From Octopus sinensis (Eukaryota): 64,000 bases of DNA. Numbering within the stretch: position 1 is the first letter of the stretch; every line of letters starts with the position of its first letter. The notes beneath the pieces are model-generated. The model searched no databases. It saw nothing but the letters and a program-made list of their open reading frames with translations, and was not told the DNA's origin. Shown in pieces: positions 1 through 12,436 of this stretch. The translations under genes were made by a program, and so were the position numbers. Location of the stretch: the NCBI RefSeq assembly GCF_006345805.1, contig NC_042999.1, positions 164,424,001-164,488,000 on the forward strand, in the 5' to 3' direction.

Positions 1-1390
1 ACATCCTTTCATATATATATATATACACATATATATACATATATATGCATACACACATATGTACATATGCATACATATATACACATATTTACATGCACAA
101 AGACACAGTTACTCATGCACACACACACAGATTCACATATACACATAACAGGCATAACACCATTTGGTTAATGATCTTTCATTCACAGAATGAGTCGCAC
201 TCACCAATATGTGCAAATGAGTCGGCTTGATAAATGAAGTAGAAAAAAATGGGGAATTGAATTTTGAGAGAAAGAAAAGGCATAAGAACACACAGCAAAC
301 TATGAATATATAAAAGTGAGCAGTGAGGCTCAGTTATAGTGGCAATATCTCCCCTCATCAGTGTAACTGTTACTCAATCTGCCATCTTTCTGATGCAGTC
401 CTTGGTGAATCTGTCTTTGTTCCATCTTAGTATCAAAGGCAGAAATTTGATGTGGCTAATATTCCTCTACTTATATATCAAAATATAGAGAAAAATTATC
501 CATGTTTTAATTTTTAGTTTTATGTTGACTAAAGAATTAAGATTAGTTGTGTGGGAAGATTTAATTTAATTTTTACTCAAGCATTCTAGTATCTATACAA
601 AACAGTGTTGATTCTCAAAAAAGAGAAGATTTGTAACTGTTCATCAGAGTTTGGCCAGAACCAATATTGGTGAATGCCACAAATACTTAAGGGATGGTTA
701 TAGCTGTTGGTGATCCTTTGAGTCTGAGAAAGATGATTCTGCAATTTCTTTTGAACAACCTGCACAGAGAGTTTGTATATAGCAATAAAATATTCATATG
801 GTACATTAATCCACACTTTCTATCAAATTGACAATGCCTGAACAGGTGTGACACACGTCAGCTGTTGAAGTGATCACAGAGCAACATGAAATGAAGTGTC
901 TTTGCTCAAGACATTGCCTGGTCCATGAGTTGAAACCATGATCATGAGATTGTGGTAAGGTACATGGGTGTAGCTAGGGTGGGGAAAGCAGGGAACATTC
1001 CTTGGGTGCCACTTTGAGGGGCACACAAATTTGACCAAGATCATTTTCAAATTAAGCCATTTTTATGCGAGTTTCCACTTTTTGGTTGGCAGGAGGCGCA
1101 ATTTTGATGCTATGCCCCTGATAAGGAATGGTTATCTTAAGTTGAATAGGTAAATGACAGGTGGTAAAAAAAAGAATTTAATCTCGACAACAGTAACCTA
1201 TGAAAACAAAATCTTTGACAAGGACAAAAGTAGTAAGTAAATGGTTTGTATATTTAAATAGTCCCTACAATCAAAGTGACAACAAAAGCAACAGTTAAAC
1301 CATTACTACCAGATGTCACTATAAATATGCAAAATACTACCACCTGATATCCTGTCTAAATACTTAACACCACCAAATGTCAACAAATAT

Positions 1391-1554
1391 ATTCTTTTCT
1401 ACTCTAGGCACAAGGCCTAAAATTTTGGGGGAGGGGGCCAGTCGATTAGATTGACCCAGTATGCAACTGGTACTTAATTTATCGACCCTGAAAGGATGAA
1501 AGGCAAAGTTGACTTTGGCAGAATTTGAACTCAGAACATAAAGACAGACAAAAT
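1391..1554 (-). mobile_element. tRNA-derived SINE, family A (Nin-like core), 5'-truncated
   Basis: Reverse complement has B-box-like GAGTTCAAATTC, core GCCTTTCATCCTTTC..GGTCGATAAATTAAGTACCAG and tail GTGCCTAGAGTAGAAAAG. Matches the copy at 31171-31390. Confidence 0.8.
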
Positions 1555-1590
1555 GTTTTATGTTTCGAGCATAGCTCTTCATCAGAAACA
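1554..1590 (-). ncRNA. Minimal type-I hammerhead ribozyme motif
   Basis: UGUUU CUGAUGA A GAGC-UAU-GCUC GAAAC AUA AAACA: both core boxes, 4-bp stem II and 5-bp stem I. Stem III has a C-A mismatch, probably from CpG decay of GAAACGUA. Confidence 0.7.
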
Positions 1591-2176
1591 GGAAAGTCCA
1601 AAGGGAAAGAAGGAAGAAGGAGGGAAAATCGCCAATAGTTTTTGCGGTTACATTTCTGAAGTGACCAGGAGTAGAAGGAGGAAGAGAAAGTGCTTTCTGG
1701 GACAGGAGAGTGTGAAGATGGCTGGTATGTGTGTGTGTGTGTGGTAGCATGTGTATATTATGGTAGCATATGTATGTGTGTATGTGGTAGTAACTGCTTG
1801 TGTGTGTGCATGTGGTGGTAATGTTGTGTGTAAGGTGTGTGTGTGTGTGCTTGCATTTGTGTGAGTAGTCTGTGTGTGTGTGGGAGGATTTGTGTGCATG
1901 TGTGTTTATGTTGCTTGCCTACAGACACACACACACATAACATTCATGTCACACTTTAGACAAACATGTAATAAAACTGGAAGATTCAGAGGTTTAATTA
2001 GCTAGTTTAATGAAGTAAGACCAGTAGAATGTTCAATTAATGGCTCACTTGATCATACATCTATTTTAATTAACAGTTCTCTCATAACATGGAATTCATA
2101 CAATGTTTATACCTGAAAGGAGCTTATTTCAATTAGTGGTTTACTCAGCAGAGTATATAAGGCTTAAATCTTTATA

Positions 2177-2221
<45 letters not shown>

Positions 2222-2446
2222 TGCACATATGTGAGAGAGAGAATGTGTGTATATGCATCTATGAAGAGGGACAAGCATGGCTAAGGAGTTTGTTTTGTAT
2301 CTAGGAAGGTTTGAGGTTTGAACCCTCAGTGAAGCACATTAGGCAATTATCATATACTACCACCACTACTACAACAATACTACATACACATACTTAAACA
2401 TCTATCTAGCTACACACACAATATATATACATGTATGTGTATATAT

Positions 2447-2488
<42 letters not shown>

Positions 2489-2491
2489 ATA

Positions 2492-2532
<41 letters not shown>

Positions 2533-3878
2533 TATATATAGTAATGCCTTTAAAATAATATATACATAACAGAAATATGTTTAAATATGGCTTGTAAGAA
2601 GTATGTGGCCATAGAGAAGAAATTTATAGATTACTGAGTCTAAAAGAATACTAGGTCCAACAAATAATAAAATAATGCCATTATAAATGTAGAATATTAT
2701 TACCAACGAATCTTGGTTTACATTTGAAGAGTGAGCGACACCATAGAGATGATAATCCATTTGAGAGATGAAGCTTTACACAATCTTACTCTGAGACATA
2801 ATTTGATTTTATTTCTTGTATTCTTCTGTTCTTTAAAAGATGACTTAATAGTGGTGGGTTATATTCTTAAATATTTGCTTTCAAGTGAAAGTTTTCCATT
2901 AGGATATGTTGTCTTAATACTTGTTTCTAAAAGATGAATCACTTAACAGTGAAGTGGCTAGGAGTGTTAATTCGAGGTAATGGTCTTTTGAGCTTTGCTT
3001 CCTGACACTAAACTCAGAATGTTTATTTTATCTGCCATTGAGTATGTGTACTTGGGTTCAGTAAAGGACCAAAACATATACAATCTGGCCAATATCAATC
3101 ATGTTTGCATGCGTGATGTGTGCGTGTGAGTGTTTGTGTGTGTGGTTCAAAAGTTGAAGTTGAGAAAAGAAAAAAAGAGGTCGTAGGGGATGTGAATTGC
3201 AGCTGAATGAAGGGGAAGAAACATAGCTAAAGGGCAATAGATGATAATTGACCCATACTGTGCAGCTGTAGCCAACTGACCGTGTGGAAAGAATAGACAA
3301 TATATCATGTAATCAAATCAAGGGGATCATCCAGCAGGACATGACGTGGCCCAATTTAAAGGGCAGCCAATACATCAGTGACCAAGCTCATTTTACAACT
3401 ACTAACCCCACCACCCATCACCACCACTCTAGTTGATTGCTTGGATGTCTTAAGCAGAGTCTATTCTGTCGCAAGCATCTCTAGGTAACACTAAATTGTT
3501 ATATCTTCTACCCTTTCTGTATGGAGTCATAGAGAATTTATAAAAGGAGAAAAGGAAATGGGTGTTGCTCTTCTTCTGCTGACTAAACAATAAACAGAGA
3601 TTAATCAAACCTCAGAATCACATGGTCAAATGTCAAGAGTAACTGGCATATCACTTGACCAACACTCCTATCATAGTTGTAGTATCATTATAATTATGAT
3701 ATTTAAATCATTTTTCACCAATGGAGTGCCTAATTCAGTGAAAGTGACTGGGCTTTGCTTAGTAAAAAAAGGGAAAACCTTACTAGTTCACATGAACTTC
3801 CTTGATAAAAAACATTTAAATGTTACTGAATATGTCCAGTTAATTTGGTGGATGAAAACATCAGGAATTGTTTCTCTT

Positions 3879-4106
3879 TGAAGCCTTTTGATACCCACCC
3901 CCCTGAGGCCACACCTAGTTCTATAATACAAACTTCCTGTTTAAAGTGATCTAAATTAAAAACCTTCCCTCAAAATTTCATGTTAATTTATGTTTCAAAC
4001 ACCAGCTTAATAACGATTAAGATATTTTACTAAGTTCTTCATTATTTTAAAAATCAGTTGAAATAATGGCAGTGCATTTCAAGAGAAATATGGAAACAAG
4101 AGTTAA
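3879..4106. mobile_element. TTAA-ended (piggyBac-like) MITE family, degenerate; second copy at about 7970-8403
   Basis: Internal sequence cctgtttaaa..atctaaattaaaa..agatattttact..agaaatatgg recurs at 8225-8403, and the element ends in a GGTTAA-like terminus. Confidence 0.5.
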
Positions 4107-4822
4107 AGTTCATTTTTCCTGTACACCTGTTGTTTATACATTAACTTTCAATTAAATTCACTAATACTATAAGTAATTGTCTAATGCCTAAAAGCCTTGC
4201 AATCACTTTGAATGAAATTCCCTGATGATAGACATTTGTTGTTGAATGTGTTCTGTTTGTTGGATGAAGGTATCATTATTTACTTCTTATTTTTAATTCA
4301 AGTTACCTGTGCACTTATTGTTTATACATAATTTTGAAAACAAAATCTTAACCCTGATTTAAATTTACTAATAATTTCAATTAATTGTCCATGGGCTGTA
4401 CCATTGAGATAGATAAGAATATCAAAACATGTGTCTACTGTTGATGAGGAAAAGAAACAACACCATAGAATACTTCATTTTGAACTGCATTTGAACCTTC
4501 ACTATGTTTTTCAGTGAAAAAAAAGAATATTCTTTTCATATACACAATAGAGAATAGTGCACCAGCTGGATTCAAACTTTCATGTTTTGTATTGAACGAT
4601 AAATAATAACTCCTCACTTCTAGAAAAAGAAGTGTTGAACTACTTTACTAGATGAAAATTAGTAGGTGATGGGGAATGGCATGACATGTGAACAATATGA
4701 AACACACTGTATTTATTGGTATATATTAGGAAAGTAAGAGAAAATAGCCTTGGTCATTGATATTAGAAGTAAATCTCCATAATCAAGTATAATAAACAGA
4801 CAATATAAATCTCTTGGTTTTT

Positions 4823-4878
<56 letters not shown>

Positions 4879-4944
4879 CAATGAGCCCAAAAAGAAGACA
4901 ACATGGGAAGGATAGGTTTCAGTAAATGCTGTAAAAAGAAGAGT

Positions 4945-4980
4945 TATGACATTTTGGATGATAGTCCTTCATCAGAAGAA
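4945..4980 (-). ncRNA. Decayed minimal hammerhead motif
   Basis: UUCUU CUGAUGA A GGA-CUAUCA-UCC AAAAUGUC. It differs from the canonical CCGAAACGUC by two CpG-type transitions, and stem I is poor. Confidence 0.35.
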
Positions 4981-6603
4981 AGATAGAAAAGAAGTGTGTG
5001 CATGTGTTTGTGCCTGTATGTGTGTGCGAGAGAATGAGAAAGAAAATTGTGCAAAAGAAAGGGAAAATAAAATATAAATGAATGAAAGAAAAAATAACAT
5101 GAACAAATAAAAATCATCATTATCAATAATAAAACAAGTTTTCCCCTTTGTTACTTTAAGATGCATTGCATTGAAAAGAATGACTTTCAAAATGGCAGCC
5201 TTTCTTTGCAGAAGGGAAGGAGATGGGTCTGAAATACAAGGTGAAGAACTGCTTTTGTGTTTGTTAAAAAACATGTCTATTTCTCATGTCTTTTTTTTTA
5301 CTTCCTATATTTTCTTTTATTTTTCTTTTGAAGTAATTATTATTATTATTATTCACCATTATTTTTTTTTCTCTCTTTCTGAAACTGAAATAAAAAAAAA
5401 AAAAAGTGAGGTCAACAAATAGGGAAAAATAAAAGCCTTGAAGAAATAGAAGTCAGTGTGTGTGTGTGGTAGATGGGTCTTTTTGGAGGGTAACAATAAT
5501 AAGGTGATGATAAGGTAGTGGGATAGAGTTATGCTGCAGTGGAAGAGGGAGCTGACAACAACAACAAGGGAAATTAGTCTACAATATTAACAAACAACCA
5601 TGACTTCTTCCCCTTTTTTTAAAAATTTTATTTTATAAAATTTATATAGGCATGAAGATTTTAATAGGAATCAGAGGAAGATAAGCTGGGATTGGGGAGG
5701 AGTAGAAGGAGGTATCTGAAGAGGAAAAATAGGGATTTGTGAAATTCATGCATTTCTTAAGGGTCTTACAGATGTAAGTTGATTTAATACCATTCTACAT
5801 CAGAATAGAAATCTACAAATCTTTATCAATTTCAGGTCTCAGTTCTTTCAGACAAAAATTGACACACCACATTACTACAATGTTTGTCATACTGTAGAAC
5901 CCTGATTAATAGCATTTAAATTTACACATCCTTGTATTATTTAGAATGAGAGAATGGTAAAAGGGAGGGTTGTGTGTGTGTGTGTGGGGGGGGAGTGTGA
6001 GATTATCTTGACATTCATACCTTTCCAACTGTACAGAGGAATAGTGTTGAAATGAGAAACAGTTCTAACTAGGAATTGAAACTAGTTTCAAATCGACATC
6101 AGTATATCTGGCATGCAGCAGCCTAAGCCATTGATCATCTTTGTGCTGTTAATTGCGTTTGTCAAGATGGACACTTCTCACACTCCGAGGAACCTAAAGT
6201 GGTGCAACAATTGCAGTTGAGAATTGAAACCATGAAATGACCATCACTATTATTACTAAAACCACAACAACAATATTATCAATGGGAGTCATGTCCAGTT
6301 TGAAGTGGAAGAGGAGCTGCCTGGATTTAGTTGATAGTCAACAGCTGGACAATTTGTCCCTTTCTCAACTGGGGACAGTGAACAGTGAGAATCATAAACA
6401 AAGAACACTATTCATTTAATTATTTTTGTGGATTTCTCTTAAAATTATGGTGTATATATATTCGTACACAACAGTAAATGTCAAGAGATACTAATATGCA
6501 CTTCTACATGCACTTAATGTGTGGACTCTCACATAGATATATACATACAAAAGCATGAATGCATACACTATATATATATATACAAGCATATATATATACA
6601 AGC

Positions 6604-6638
<35 letters not shown>

Positions 6639-7254
6639 GATATGTATATGTTCGTATGTATTAGGTAATTTACTAAGTGATGTATCTGTGCAATGTGGGA
6701 TTAAAGATTTGGTGAAAATCCAAAGAAAAGAGTCAAAGAAACATTGTCATCAGCATGACACAAACAGCCATAAAAATACTTTAAAATTTTTATACATACA
6801 AACAAATGCACACATATATATGTATATGTGTGTGCGTGCAAACATAAATACACACACGTATATACATACATATATATATAAATATATATATATATGATCT
6901 GTTTACCATGCTAGCATGGGTGGGATGTTTTTTGCAAATTTATATATTTGCATATAAAGTATTCAAATAAGGCATTTTGCAATTGGATGCCTTAACCTGT
7001 TGCTATATAGTCAACTTTGAGAAACGATTTAGCACCTATTTACAATTAAGCCTGCAAAATCTCCTCTTGCCTCTCTCTCACACATGCATACATACACACA
7101 GTCTCTCTCTCACATACATGCATATGCATTAAGTTGTAAAAATGAGAGCACTCAATACATAGAGTAGAATATAGATTTCTTTTTCATTTCATACATACAT
7201 ATATATATAGTCTAAATATTACATGTATACATATTTTTTTAATTCTTTTATTTG

Positions 7255-7480
7255 TTTCAGAAAATGCACACACATATATATATATAAATCATATACATGC
7301 ACACAGATATGCATACATATGTCAGGATTCTTCATTGCTTCTGTCTTTAAAATTCTCTGAAAAGATATTAGTCAGCCAGGGACTTTAGAAGAAACTTGCC
7401 CAATATGCCATACACTGAACTGGATCTGAAGCTACTTGGTTGTAATGCAAACTTCTAAACCATGTAACCATGCCTGTGCC
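7255..7480 (-). mobile_element. tRNA-derived SINE, family B, degraded
   Basis: Reverse complement resembles 9458-9610 (head GG..GTTTAGAAGTTTGC, then TTGGGCAAGT..CTTCTA). Confidence 0.55.
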
Positions 7481-7654
7481 TTTATATAAACACACACACA
7501 CACACACATTGCTCTTCCTTCTTTTACAGATCTCTGTTACTGCCCAGCAGTTGTGTGCCAAGGGTATCACATGTTTCAATCTTATTTAATTCTATGACTT
7601 ATTCTAGAATCTCTGTTTGTTGAACAATCAAATTAACTCTTTCAATACTAATTG

Positions 7655-7966
7655 ACATTTTGTCAGTTACATTGATGAGGGTTACAGTTGATGAATCCAA
7701 TCAAGGGACCAGCCTGCTTGTGAAATTAAAGTGCAAATGGCTGATCACTCCACAAATGTAGTTCTCAGGGAGAATCAGCATGTCACACAGTACAACAAAA
7801 CTAGCCCTTTGAATTACAGGTACTACTAATTTTTGCTAGCTGAGTGGACTGGAGCAATAAAGTGAAATAAAGTGTCTTGCTCAAGGACAATGCACCACCA
7901 GAAATAAGATTCATGCCCTAATGATCATGAACTGAATCTGCTAACCACTGAGCCACACACCTTCAC
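7655..7966 (-). mobile_element. tRNA-derived SINE, family C
   Basis: Head GTGAAGG..TGGCTCAGTGGTTAG and core TTGAGCAAGACACTTTATTTCAC..TGCTCCAGTCCACTCAGCT. Body shared with 59450-59753. Confidence 0.7.
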
Positions 7967-7993
7967 ATATTGATACAAACCTTCCTGGGACCA

Positions 7994-8217
7994 CTCTTTA
8001 GCATTTAAACTAACAATATCTAGCCTAAGTATTCTACCCGTTTTATGATCAAACTGGCCAGATCTGAAATGTCACACCTACCATACAATTACATTCTAAG
8101 AATAAACAATCACTTCACCAAAATCTTAATACTACAAGATAATGCATAATTTATTCAAAATAATGTGAATGAATGAGTGCAACATTTGGCAGAGTAATTC
8201 AGGTGTTAAAGGGTTAA
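7994..8217. mobile_element. TTAA-ended (piggyBac-like) MITE, CCCTTTAGCATT...AATGCTAAAGGG family
   Basis: Termini CTCTTTAGCATT and GTGTTAAAGGGTTAA. Homologous copies at 53112-53330 (inverted) and 59309-59844. Confidence 0.6.
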
Positions 8218-8519
8218 TTGTATCCCAAACATCCTGTTTAAAATTCATCTAAATTAAAACTTTCTTTCAAAATGTGGTGTTAATTTAAATTTTAAAACAT
8301 CAACTTAATGACAAAGATATTTTACTGAATTCTTCCTTATTTTCAAAATGAATCCCAGTGAAAGAAGTTTATATCAACAGAAATATGGTCATGGAAAGGT
8401 TGAGGATTGTGAAGTGACACTAACATAAACTGCCCTAGTTTCCACACCATAAACACATGAGTGAAAACTTAGATATATTCTTTCTTTTAAATGATTTTTA
8501 ACTGATTAATCATTTCCCA

Positions 8520-8940
8520 TGAATGTACCAAAAAACAATGGAAGTGATACAGACTAAGAATGTATACAAAAATAAGGGTCAGTGTTGCAATGGTTGGATT
8601 GGTGTTGTATGGAGCAGTGTCTTGGCATAATGATAAAGCAATAGCCAGAGGCTTTTGCAGTTTTGAGAATGAAACAGTATAGAGAATTTTAGGCATCAGG
8701 AGATGGGTTAGAACACATTCCATGAATTCAGCCAGGTGGAGTGTGATGGGAAACAAAGCAATGAAAGCTGGAAGAAACACGGGGGAAAAAAAGGAAGACC
8801 AAACCTTAGAGGGCTGATGACAATATAGAGAGAAATTGAGAGGAAAAATGAGTGTGTGGTCAAAGTTAACAATCTGGACAGTAACAGCAGGAAAACCTGG
8901 AAACAACTTGTACTGCATATCATTGGGATTAGCAGGAGTA
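8520..8940 (+). pseudogene. Degraded RTE-clade LINE ORF C-terminus (a different family from the main RTE)
   Basis: Translates with stops to TKIRV..VLYGAVSW..FENE..RILGIR and GRPNLR..TWKQLV, typical of the RTE post-RT region. Confidence 0.6.
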
Positions 8941-8969
8941 GCAAGCCAAACAATCATTTCCATGTAAAT

Positions 8970-8992
8970 GTTTAATATATACACACACATAC

Positions 8993-9035
<43 letters not shown>

Positions 9036-9385
9036 GCATATACATATACATTCATATTATATATATATATATATACATATTATATATATATATATATACA
9101 TATTAAATATATATATATACATACATGCATATATACACATACATATTTTACATATATATACATATATATTATATATATTTACATGCACAAACATTACATA
9201 TATATATATATATATGCATACATATCAAATATATATATATAAACACACACATATATATGCATATACACATACATACTATATATATATATATACACATATA
9301 TATATATACAAACATATATACACATACATATACATACGTATATGTTCATATATATATACATATATATATACATACATACACATAT

Positions 9386-9428
<43 letters not shown>

Positions 9429-9457
9429 CATATATATATATACATACATACATATAT
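8970..9457. repeat. Compound (TA)n/(CA)n microsatellite
   Basis: Direct inspection. The I/Y/H/T-rich ORFs here are artefacts of the repeat. Confidence 0.95.
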
Positions 9458-9830
9458 GTGTGGCTGTGTGGTAAGAAGCTTGCTTCCCAATCACATGGTT
9501 CTGGGTTCAGTCCCACTGTGTGGCACTTTGGGCAAGTGTCTTCTACTATAGCCCTAGGCCAATCAAAAACCTTGTGAGTGGATTTGGTCGACGGAAACCA
9601 AAAGAAGCCCGTTGTGTGTGTGTGTATATATGTTTATGTGTTTGTCCTCCCACCATCACATGATAACTGATGTTGGTGTGTTTACATCCCCGTGACTTAG
9701 CAGTTTAGCAAAAGACATTCGTAAAATAAGTACTAGGCTTACAAAGAATAAGTTCTTGGATTGATTTGTTCAACCAAAGGTGGTTCTCGAGCATGGCTGC
9801 TGTCAACTGACTGAAACAAGTAAAAGAATA
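9458..9830 (+). mobile_element. tRNA-derived SINE, family B, near full length
   Basis: A-box-like GTGGCTGTGTGGTAAG, B-box-like GGTTCAGTCCC, core TTGGGCAAGTGTCTTCTACTATAGCC and tail CTGAAACAAGTAAAAGA. Other copies at 11710-11845(-), 51770-51930(-) and 61480-62490(+). Confidence 0.8.
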
Positions 9831-9866
9831 TATATATACATATTATTTATGTATTTATATATACAT

Positions 9867-9903
<37 letters not shown>

Positions 9904-9921
9904 ACAGCACAAATAAAATCC

Positions 9922-10071
9922 AAAATTTGCAACAGCTGTTTCAGTAGAATTCTGTTGATCTACTTACAAATTAGCAGTTTGAAATTTTACCCGAAGCTGG
10001 TGAATTATATGTTATGATGTAATCTATGAATAAGTCAATAAAATTCTACTGATAAAGCTGTTGTAAATTTT
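9922..10071. repeat. Inverted repeat (~50-bp arms) containing a decayed hammerhead
   Basis: aaaatttgcaacagctgtttcagtagaattctgttga pairs with tcaataaaattctactgataaagctgttgtaaatttt. Confidence 0.8.
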
Positions 10072-10295
10072 AAACACCATGTGTATTCTATTTTATGCCT
10101 GCACCACAACTGGAACCAACCCCACAGTTGGATCTACAATTTAAATTAAATTTGGTACTTACATATCTACAGTATCCAACAAACACTTGATACCTTCCTT
10201 GTTGTTTTCCTTACTGTAAACTCAATGTAATCATACTTAGTCAGTCTAAGTGTTGATATTATTTGATTCTATTCCATGCTTATAAATAATTCATT

Positions 10296-10326
<31 letters not shown>

Positions 10327-10329
<3 letters not shown>

Positions 10330-10639
10330 GTTAAACTAATAATTATATAAATATATATAATTATTTTAAGTGAGAAAGTCAAAACAAGACTCATCTTCTC
10401 TATACGGAATTAATGTCCAACCATTATGAAGCTACTGAAAAATCTCCATAAATGCATGAGATTGAAAGCAGGCTAGTGAGAGGATATTTAAAAAAGATTC
10501 TGCATGTATTTATGGAGTTTTTTTCGGTATAATCGTAATGTCTGAAAGTTAATTCAGTATGGAGGAGATGAATCTTGTTTTGACCTTCTCCCTTAAGATA
10601 AGTACATATATATACATATAATTATGAATTTAATACATA
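10327..10639. repeat. Imperfect palindrome or fold-back element (~135-bp arms)
   Basis: ttaagtgagaaagtcaaaacaagactcatcttctc..ccataaatgcatg pairs with catgtatttatgg..ggagatgaatcttgttttgaccttctcccttaa. Confidence 0.85.
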
Positions 10640-10714
10640 AATTGCTATAAATTGATTTTTTTCCATGTGGACAATCTGATCATTACCATTCACAGGATTT
10701 TCATCCATATTTTA

Positions 10715-11618
10715 TGAATATATATACATATACACAAATATAAACATATTTATACATATATACAAATATACCTACATATTTATACATATAACAATATACA
10801 TAAATATCTAAATAAATATACATATTTATGTATAAATATATGTATACATATAAATATATATATATATACATATATAAATATATATATATGTAAATATATA
10901 CATATAAATATATAGATATACAAATATATATATAAATGTATATATATAGATATATATACATATATAGATATATACATACATATGCATAACTATATATATA
11001 TGCATATATATACATATAAATATATATATATAAATACATATATATATATAAATATATACACATATATATATATATATAAATACATATATATATATAAATA
11101 TATACACATGTATATATATATATTTATACATATATATACATATATAAATATATACTTACATGTATATATATATACATATAAAAATATATATATGTATATG
11201 TAAATATATATATACATATGAATATATATATACATGTATATATTCATATATATATATATGCATATATATATATGCATATATATTTATATATATGTATATA
11301 TACATGCATGTATAGATATGCATATATACATATAATATATATGTGTATATATACATTGATATATATATAAACACACATATATATATAATTATACAGATAT
11401 ATTTATACGTATGAATATATATATGTATGTATATATAAATATTTATACATAAATTTACATATAAATATATATATATATATGTATTTATGTAAATATATAT
11501 ACATATAAAAATATATATAAATATGCAAATATATATATATATATAGATATATATATACATATAAATATACATATAATATATATATATACATGTATATATA
11601 TTTATATGTATATATATG

Positions 11619-11671
<53 letters not shown>

Positions 11672-11695
11672 GCATATATGTGTACATATATATGT
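10715..11695. repeat. Degenerate (TA)n microsatellite of about 1 kb
   Basis: Direct inspection. Confidence 0.95.
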
Positions 11696-12332
11696 AACGA
11701 ATAATTTTTGTTCACCAAATTCTGTTTATAAGGAATTTATCAGGTGAAATCTATAGTAGAAGATACTTGCTTAATTTACCATGTCATGGGATTGTACCAA
11801 GAATGACATTGTTAGACATAGTTCTTAACCATACAGCTGTGCTTGTCTAAATTATGCAAATATTATATACATACATATATGTATTTGTATACACACACAC
11901 ACATAATTTTCATGTTCTACATGTGTATCCTATCAGCAATATTTATGTTACTTGATTCAGTGCATGTTTTGAAATTCTGGGGACCAGATAGCATGAATCA
12001 TCACCGGCCTCTTAATAAATAAAAATTTTACTTCATGCACTGAGTACTCTTTCTCTCATTTCTAAAGAAAAATGAACATAAAAGGATAGCCATATGCATA
12101 TATCTATGTAATAAAACACACACACATATATATATTTGCATGTGTATATATATATATATATATACATAAATTAGAGAAGAACCACCTTTTATCAATTCAA
12201 AATGAACAATTAAATTACACCATCTAGAAAATTACATATAATAGGAATATTAAAATTAAAATAACAATAAAATATCGATGATTAAGTAAATTGCAAAAAA
12301 AATAATAATAAAAACGTATATAATTGGTAGAA

Positions 12333-12436
12333 TAACGGCACATGTTTCGTGGCTATATTTAAGAAATGATTATAGTAAAAAAATTAATAGTAGTTGTAAA
12401 ATTACTTCGATATAAATATAGCCACTCATCAGGTTA
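12333..12436 (-). ncRNA. Hammerhead ribozyme-like motif (long stem II, non-canonical cleavage triplet)
   Basis: UAAC CUGAUGA GUGGCUAUAUUUA..UAAAUAUAGCCAC GAAAC AUGU GCC GUUA. Stem II is 13 bp, stem I is UAAC/GUUA, and GCC stands in place of GUC. Confidence 0.6.

Noticed and set aside
586-759. Minus-strand AG followed by 57 codons containing DEQLQIFSF, a possible third PKC tail
   Set aside because: No NFD or turn motif, and spacing does not match. Probably chance.
6289-6368. Good minus-strand acceptor followed by EKGTNCPAVDYQLNPGSSSSTSNWT*
   Set aside because: No recognisable homology, wrong phase for the PKC tail and no partner exon. It needs RNA evidence.
8968-11591. Many I/Y/H/T/C/V-rich ORFs (also at 18-19 kb, 44 kb, 46-48 kb)
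   Set aside because: They are translations of (TA)n/(CA)n microsatellites.
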